The notes under the pieces: generated by a model
Seen by the model: only the letters and a program-made list of their open reading frames with translations
What the model was told of the DNA's origin: nothing
Databases searched by the model: none
Made by a program: the position numbers and the translations under genes
Shown here: piece by piece, positions 58,578-64,000 of the stretch
Layout: each line of letters opens with the position of its first letter
Position numbering within the stretch: position 1 is the first letter of the stretch
Source: Trueperaceae bacterium
GTDB taxonomy: Bacteria; Deinococcota; Deinococci; Deinococcales; Trueperaceae
Reading direction: 5' to 3'
DNA: 64,000 bases
Assembly (NCBI GenBank): GCA_965214405.1
Contig: OZ243956.1
Span: forward strand, 2,144,001-2,208,000

Positions 58578-60047
58578 ATGCTCGAGCCCGACACGCTTTC
58601 GCAACCACGTTCAAAATTCATGAGGTTGTTTAGAGACCGTTTTCCGCTCACAACGTTTGCGTGGATTCTGCTCGCCCTGTCCGTTACGCTCCTCTTTATG
58701 GGTTCGCTCAACCGATTTTTCGACCACGATGAGTTCGAGGCCATGCACACCTCCTGGTATATCTTCCAGGGCGAGAAAATTTACGAAGACTTTATCCAGC
58801 ATCATTTCCCGCTTTTGCACTACCTTTTGCTGCCGCTCTACACGATCTTCGGGAGCACGACGGAAACGATTATCGCGGCCAGGGTGGTGATGTTCTTTAA
58901 CGTTTTGGGGATGTTGACTGCCACTTACCTGATTGCTCTGGAGGTCTACCGCAAACACCTCGTCGCCGTAGTGGGCACGCTCTTTCTCACGCTCATTACG
59001 CTTTTCACCGCCAAAGCCATCGAGATTCGCCCCGACACGCCGCAAAGTTTATTCGTGCTGGTGGGCACCTATCTGGTGCTGCGCGCCTTTCGCACCCGCT
59101 CGCGCTGGAGTTTCATCCTGGGCGGCGTGTGCTTCGGCGTCGCGTTTTTGTTCCTGCAAAAGGCCATCATCTTTTTGGGGCTCATCGGCCTTGTGATGTT
59201 GGCGCGCGTGTGGAGCCGTGAGCTAAAGCTTCAAGAGGTGGTGATATTCTCGGCGGCGGCGGTTGCCACCGTGTCGCCCTTCGCGCTCTACTTTTTCGCC
59301 ACCAAAACGTTGGACACCTTTATCTTTTGGAACTTTACCTACAACTCGTTTTACTACACCCTGCGCGGTTGGGAATATGAAAAGCTTTTGCGCAACCTTA
59401 GTATTCTCTACAGGCAAGACGGGCTCATCATCCTGCTTTTTATCGCAACGCTCTTTTTCCTGCCAAAGAAACGGCTCGAGTGGGAGATGATCTTCCTGGT
59501 TGCCGGGGTCGCCGGTTTCACGCTGCTGTCGGGTAGGCACAACCCGCAATACTACATGCTCGCCTTTCCTTTTGTCGCCGTTCTCGCCGCGAGGGGGCTC
59601 GCTACCGGCTTGGAACACCAGAGAGCCCTGGCCGCACTCGTGCTGATTTTCGCCCTTTTGGGTCCTTTTGAAGAGGCGGTGCCCCGCGTTATCACGCCCT
59701 CAAACGCGGGGCAACTCGCCAAAATCCAGTACGTCATGGACCTCACCGACCAGGACGACTACGTCTACGACGGCAACATCAGGTTTAACGTGTTCCGGCC
59801 CGACGTCGACTTTATCTGGTATATGGCGGGGCCACCCTACAAAGCGCGTGAAACTCTGGCAGCGCTGCTCGACTACCAATACAATATCTACGAGGCCATC
59901 GACCGTTATGAACCCAAGGTCATCTCCGACTTTGCCATCGAGGATATGGGTGACCCGCGTATCGCCAACCACTACGTCCGCTCGCCCGTTTATGACGACC
60001 TCTACATCCGCACGCCCGCGCAGGCAAGTGTCGAAAACAGTCAGTAA
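58578..60047 (+). CDS. GT-C fold glycosyltransferase (ArnT/PMT-like)
   Basis: First TM followed by 'DHDEFEAMH', 'EIRPD', many TMs, 'QYY...FPF' and a C-terminal periplasmic domain. Confidence 0.82.
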   Translation: MLEPDTLSQPRSKFMRLFRDRFPLTTFAWILLALSVTLLFMGSLNRFFDHDEFEAMHTSWYIFQGEKIYEDFIQHHFPLLHYLLLPLYTIFGSTTETIIAARVVMFFNVLGMLTATYLIALEVYRKHLVAVVGTLFLTLITLFTAKAIEIRPDTPQSLFVLVGTYLVLRAFRTRSRWSFILGGVCFGVAFLFLQKAIIFLGLIGLVMLARVWSRELKLQEVVIFSAAAVATVSPFALYFFATKTLDTFIFWNFTYNSFYYTLRGWEYEKLLRNLSILYRQDGLIILLFIATLFFLPKKRLEWEMIFLVAGVAGFTLLSGRHNPQYYMLAFPFVAVLAARGLATGLEHQRALAALVLIFALLGPFEEAVPRVITPSNAGQLAKIQYVMDLTDQDDYVYDGNIRFNVFRPDVDFIWYMAGPPYKARETLAALLDYQYNIYEAIDRYEPKVISDFAIEDMGDPRIANHYVRSPVYDDLYIRTPAQASVENSQ

Positions 60048-60068
60048 CGCTAACCAATACCAAGTGCC

Positions 60069-60093
60069 TTTTCAAACGCCGGGCGTTTGAAAA
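60069..60093. terminator. Hairpin downstream of the GT-C gene
   Basis: TTTTCAAACGC / GCGTTTGAAAA inverted repeat. Confidence 0.55.
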
Positions 60094-60235
60094 GTGCGCG
60101 TGAGCGCATACCCTCAGACCCATTCAGTTCATGGTGCTTCAAGGGGCAAGTGGTATAAGGTTCAGTACACTTCTCACCCGCGCCTTAGCCCTCGTACGGT
60201 TTTTTAGCCCGTTATAGTAGACCTAAGGAGGCGGT

Positions 60236-60610
60236 ATGCCAGAAGACAAGGCACAACAGCAGGAGCAGGACGCGGCACCCGGTGCCGGTCACCGCGATCT
60301 CGACTACGGTCACGCTTTCGGTACGCAGCGCGACCGTAGTAGCGGGAACGAAACTGACTACGTCGAAGACTATAGCGAGAGCTGGATCGACGCCTTGCCG
60401 GACGCGGGGCTCGAGCGAGACGTCAGAGCGCGCCTGCTCGAGGTGCTTGGCGAGACTCTGAACGTGAACACCCTCGACATTACCGTTAAAGAGGGCGTAG
60501 TGACGTTGCGAGGAAGGGTGGAGGATGCGGGCGTCAGCAGCAAGGTGGAACGCGTTGTTAAAGAAGTAACGGGAGTGAAAACGGTTCACAACCGTTTGCA
60601 GACGCGCTAG
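60236..60610 (+). CDS. BON-domain protein
   Basis: 'DAGLERDVRARL...LDITVKEGVVTLRGRV...VTGVKTVHNRL'; AAGGAGG RBS. Confidence 0.9.
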   Translation: MPEDKAQQQEQDAAPGAGHRDLDYGHAFGTQRDRSSGNETDYVEDYSESWIDALPDAGLERDVRARLLEVLGETLNVNTLDITVKEGVVTLRGRVEDAGVSSKVERVVKEVTGVKTVHNRLQTR

Positions 60611-60804
60611 GTAGACTTTCTTGTGCTCCTCGCTTTTCGAAGCACCATAAGTTGGATAGGCCCGCGCGTCGCGGTACTTCGTGAGCGCGGGCATTTCTTA
60701 AGTGTAAAAGCGGCACCTGAAAAAGCGCTCGGTCTCACGCTCTAGACAACGTTTTTTGGGGCGAGGTAAAGCTTTCACCGCTCACTTTGTCCATGACGCA
60801 GAGC

Positions 60805-61662
60805 TTAACTTTTGTTAGCAGGCAGTACCAGCGGCGTGAGCTCGAGCACCGCAACTTCAGCCCGGCTCAAAAACCTGACAGGCATGATGCCGAAGCCCAA
60901 ACCCCGAGACACGAACGCGGTCACGGGGTCTTGAAACCACCCTTCAACAAAACGCCTGCCGTACCTCGAGGCCGTCATGACCGCGCCATATAGGGGCAGC
61001 TTGACCTGTCCGCCATGCGTGTGACCGCACAGGGTCAGGTCCACGTCTTTCGGAACCACGGGGAGCAGATCGGGGATGTGAATCATGAGGAGACAAGCCT
61101 GGTCGTTGGGTCGCTCGGCCAACGTTTGGGCCAAATCCGGTCGACCCCCCCACAAGTCGTCCGTTCCTGCCAAAAAGAGGTCGTCGCGTAAGCTTATCCC
61201 TTCATTGACGAGCAGAGTGACGCCTGAACGCTCTAAGCCCTCTTTCAAACCCTCGAGAAAAGCTTCCCCCAGATCGTAGTCGTGGTTGCCCAAAACGCCG
61301 TACACACCCAGCGGCGCTTCCAGACGCCGCAACTGCTCGAGCAAAGGCGCGACGTCTGTTGTTGTGTAGTCGATAAAATCACCCGTAAGGAGGATGAGAT
61401 CGGGACGCTCAGCGAGGGTGGCGTCCACCCACTGTTTAAGCGTACGCTCACCGACCCAGCGCCCGAAATGCAGGTCGCTCAAATGAGCGACTTTCAGGGG
61501 CGCTGTAAGGTGCGCGAGCGCTCTTTGGTGATGCGTTACAGCAAAGCGGTAGCTATCGGCGTATAGGCCCGTTCCTACCACCACCCCGGCAGCGGACGCG
61601 CCGCCAAATTTCAGACCGAGTCTTAGAAAACCTCGTCTCGAGAGAAGTGAAAAAGGTTTCAC
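60805..61662 (-). CDS. Metallophosphoesterase (YkuE/YaeI-like) with a Tat-like signal
   Basis: SRRGFL, DLH, TGD, GNHD, GHTHGGQ, SRGLG. Confidence 0.92.
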   Translation of the reverse strand: MKPFSLLSRRGFLRLGLKFGGASAAGVVVGTGLYADSYRFAVTHHQRALAHLTAPLKVAHLSDLHFGRWVGERTLKQWVDATLAERPDLILLTGDFIDYTTTDVAPLLEQLRRLEAPLGVYGVLGNHDYDLGEAFLEGLKEGLERSGVTLLVNEGISLRDDLFLAGTDDLWGGRPDLAQTLAERPNDQACLLMIHIPDLLPVVPKDVDLTLCGHTHGGQVKLPLYGAVMTASRYGRRFVEGWFQDPVTAFVSRGLGFGIMPVRFLSRAEVAVLELTPLVLPANKS

Positions 61663-61723
61663 AGGGCTGTTGCCTCCGGTGTCGTTTTCGCCAGCCGGAT
61701 TAGCGCCGGTTTATGATGCACCC

Positions 61724-63250
61724 CTAGTTAAAGCTCGGCCAGTTAAACGTCCGCTGAAAAGTCTCCTTCGTATAACTCGTGTCGTTTTTGATAACTTTGT
61801 TGCTCGTCGTGTTGTTCGTCCAGGCGATGGCGTTCTGCTTGATACTTTTGATGTCGTCGTCGGAGATGTGCTCGAAGTAGGTGTAGTCGTACCTGTTGCC
61901 CTGGACCTGAAAGCCCTTGGATTCCGGGTGGTAGTTTCGCCTCATTCTAAAAGGACTGTCCGACCCTCTAATGACGCGTTCGGACTGCACAACGCGAAAA
62001 ACGCCGTCCATGTCGTTGTTGGTAATCATACACTCGTCCACCGTCGAGCAGGTCACGTCGTACTTATTGTTGCGAAACACGTTGTTGTAGACCCTAAAGG
62101 GGCCTTGGCTAAGCTCGAGGTGGAGCCCGTTTTCTCTGTTACCCTCGATGGTGTTGCCGTAGATCTCCACATTTTCGCAGTTGGTGTCACACCACCAGCC
62201 GTTGCTCTTATTGTCTTTAATAAGGTTGCCGCGCAACGTCAGGCCCCGAACATGAAGGATTTTATTGCCCGTGTCCCAGGTGTAGTGGTCCCACCAGTCA
62301 CCGCGCCAGTTGTTGCGCGACCACTCGCTGTTCTCGACGAGGCCGTTTTTTATCCCGTAGCCGATAAGACCCGAGAAGCCGTTGTCGTTCATGCGGCTGT
62401 TGCGGACGACCGGATTGGTGCCGTGAAGGTGAATCCCCGATTGCGAGTTCCAGTTTACGGTTACCCCGTCAAAAGTTTGGTTGCCCCAAACGTAGACCGC
62501 CGATTCGTCCCAGGCGGACGCAGCGTGCTGAAAGGTGAGGCCCTCGACACGCAGGTTTTGGGTGCGCTTGGTTCTCCACAGCTCGGCGCGCTTACATACT
62601 TCGACGGTACCGAGGTCTGCCACGTTGATAAAGAGTGTGTCGCGCTTTTCGTCAACAAAAAAGGTGTCGCCGCTGAGGCCGTCTTTACTCTTGACTTGCC
62701 TGAGCAACTTGCCGTCATTAAACACGCACTCTTTACGCGCGACCATAGGGTCGATCTTTTCGAAGGGGCTGGTCGGTTTGGCGGGAAAACCCCAATCGTT
62801 CTTCCAGGAGTGAGAATAGAGATTTTCTCCTTCGGCTTTCCACTCTGTAAAAACGTCGCTACCCGACACCACCGCCTCGGGCCCTCTGACGATGATGGGT
62901 GGGCCGTCAGACGAGGTCCAGTTCTCGACGCTCTGGCGGTAGGTGCCGGGCGCGACGTTGATCAGGGTTCCGCCGCCCTCTTCGCGCCGTGCCTGCGCAA
63001 CTTTGAAAGCGTGCTCGAGCGTGGCGAACGCACTCTCAAGCGTGTCCCCCTCGTTTTCGTCCGAGCCGGTGGTGGACACGTAAAGGGTGCTGCTCGCGGT
63101 GGGCAAGACGTCGCTGACCGGGGAAGGAACGCTAAAGGTCACCTGCGGCACCTGCGCCGCGCAGGCCGCCAGCACGAATAACAAAAGGGGAGAACACACC
63201 AGGTGCAGGTGTTGAAGTAGAGTTTTCTTACGTAATGCGTCTGTGGTCAT
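61724..63250 (-). CDS. Lipoprotein with a right-handed parallel beta-helix domain
   Basis: Lipobox LAA-C, 'LYVS..GSD.N.G....F.TL..A', 'VAPGTYR', repeated N-x-x-x-x-N-x-x-x-G beta-helix coils. Confidence 0.85.
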   Translation of the reverse strand: MTTDALRKKTLLQHLHLVCSPLLLFVLAACAAQVPQVTFSVPSPVSDVLPTASSTLYVSTTGSDENEGDTLESAFATLEHAFKVAQARREEGGGTLINVAPGTYRQSVENWTSSDGPPIIVRGPEAVVSGSDVFTEWKAEGENLYSHSWKNDWGFPAKPTSPFEKIDPMVARKECVFNDGKLLRQVKSKDGLSGDTFFVDEKRDTLFINVADLGTVEVCKRAELWRTKRTQNLRVEGLTFQHAASAWDESAVYVWGNQTFDGVTVNWNSQSGIHLHGTNPVVRNSRMNDNGFSGLIGYGIKNGLVENSEWSRNNWRGDWWDHYTWDTGNKILHVRGLTLRGNLIKDNKSNGWWCDTNCENVEIYGNTIEGNRENGLHLELSQGPFRVYNNVFRNNKYDVTCSTVDECMITNNDMDGVFRVVQSERVIRGSDSPFRMRRNYHPESKGFQVQGNRYDYTYFEHISDDDIKSIKQNAIAWTNNTTSNKVIKNDTSYTKETFQRTFNWPSFN

Positions 63251-63759
63251 AATTCACCAATCTCTTGTTGAGCGAGGGACGGAGTCGAGAAGGAGAAGTT
63301 TGTAGAGGGTGTCCTATACAGCCTGCATAACAGTCTGCATAAAGGAACGTTTGCGTTCAGGGCGAATGTTCTAAGGGCTGCACATCATTTTGCTGCGTTT
63401 AGTGATGCACCGCGAGGGCGGTATACCGTCGTTCGTGTAGTCAGGACGCCGCTGCGGTTCCCTTAGAAAGTACACCACCCTCTTGAATCCGAAAGATGAA
63501 GATTCCATCTATATAGGTTAATCGGGTGCATATCATGGCGCGCATCATAGGGTGAGCCAGACAAGAAGTTTACATCCTGCCTGACTCCATCATAATGGCT
63601 TTTTCCTCAAGACAATGTTCCGTACTCACCCCTACACAGGGTGCTGGACGCTGCACGCATCCGGCTTCAAGCTCCCGCGGTTTTACGTGCCCTACTCGTT
63701 TTGTAAGGCCTGCGGGGGCAGGAGGTCGGAGGTTAGAGGCCGTCCCGCCCCCTCGAGCC

Positions 63760-64000
63760 TCATGTCAACCCCGCCCCCTCCCGCACCACCCGCGCGATGT
63801 TCGACACGTCCTCGTCGCCCAAGCCGCGCCCGACCAAGCCCGTCTCGAGCTGCTCCACATAGGCCGCGACGGGGATGGGCACGCCCAGGGCTCGAGCCGT
63901 TTCTAAGGCAATTCCCAAATCTTTGCGGTGGAGCCTGGTGCGAAACCCCAGTGGATAGGTGTTGTGAATCATGTTGTCCGCGCGGTTGCTCAAGACCCAC
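63760..64000 (-). CDS. 3' part of a beta-hydroxyacid dehydrogenase (3-hydroxyisobutyrate dehydrogenase / tartronate semialdehyde reductase family), cut by the window end
   Basis: 'GFRTRLHRKDLGIAL..A..LGVPIP....G.GDED.S' C-terminal motif. Confidence 0.85.
   Translation of the reverse strand, partial: WVLSNRADNMIHNTYPLGFRTRLHRKDLGIALETARALGVPIPVAAYVEQLETGLVGRGLGDEDVSNIARVVREGAGLT

Noticed and set aside
61670..63181. 503-aa ORF on the + strand
   Set aside because: It is the antisense shadow of the beta-helix lipoprotein gene, Val-rich and without motifs.

Overview
A GC-rich bacterial chromosomal window. It is probably from Deinococcota (Truepera-like); this is inferred from gene content and from many leaderless genes that have a TANNNT box 6-7 nt before the start codon. 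Most of it is housekeeping: trxB, lptF/lptG/lptD-like, plsX, hom-thrC, argB, a phosphohexomutase, tpiA, ruvB, a sugar ABC transporter, leuCD, a type IV minor-pilin cluster and a surface-glycosylation cluster. The best candidate for an undescribed system is the co-oriented four-gene locus at 5798-11742: an uncharacterised protein, two tandem BrxD/DUF2791-like P-loop ATPases and an Lhr-like DEXH helicase. It resembles the BrxD-BrxHI module of BREX type 2 and the ATPase-helicase core of Shango, but has no PglX, PglZ or TerB gene. Other notable signals: a structured ~220-nt intergenic RNA candidate (26405-26623); a leaderless leader peptide with rare CTA Leu codons and an attenuator upstream of leuC; a degenerate integron attC-like site behind an orphan gene; several solitary AT-richer genes (NDT/TIR-like, RusA-like, an ORF inside leuCD); and strong over-representation of CTCGAG. 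I saw no tRNA, rRNA, CRISPR array, transposase or integrase. All family assignments come from motif recognition by eye, not database searches.
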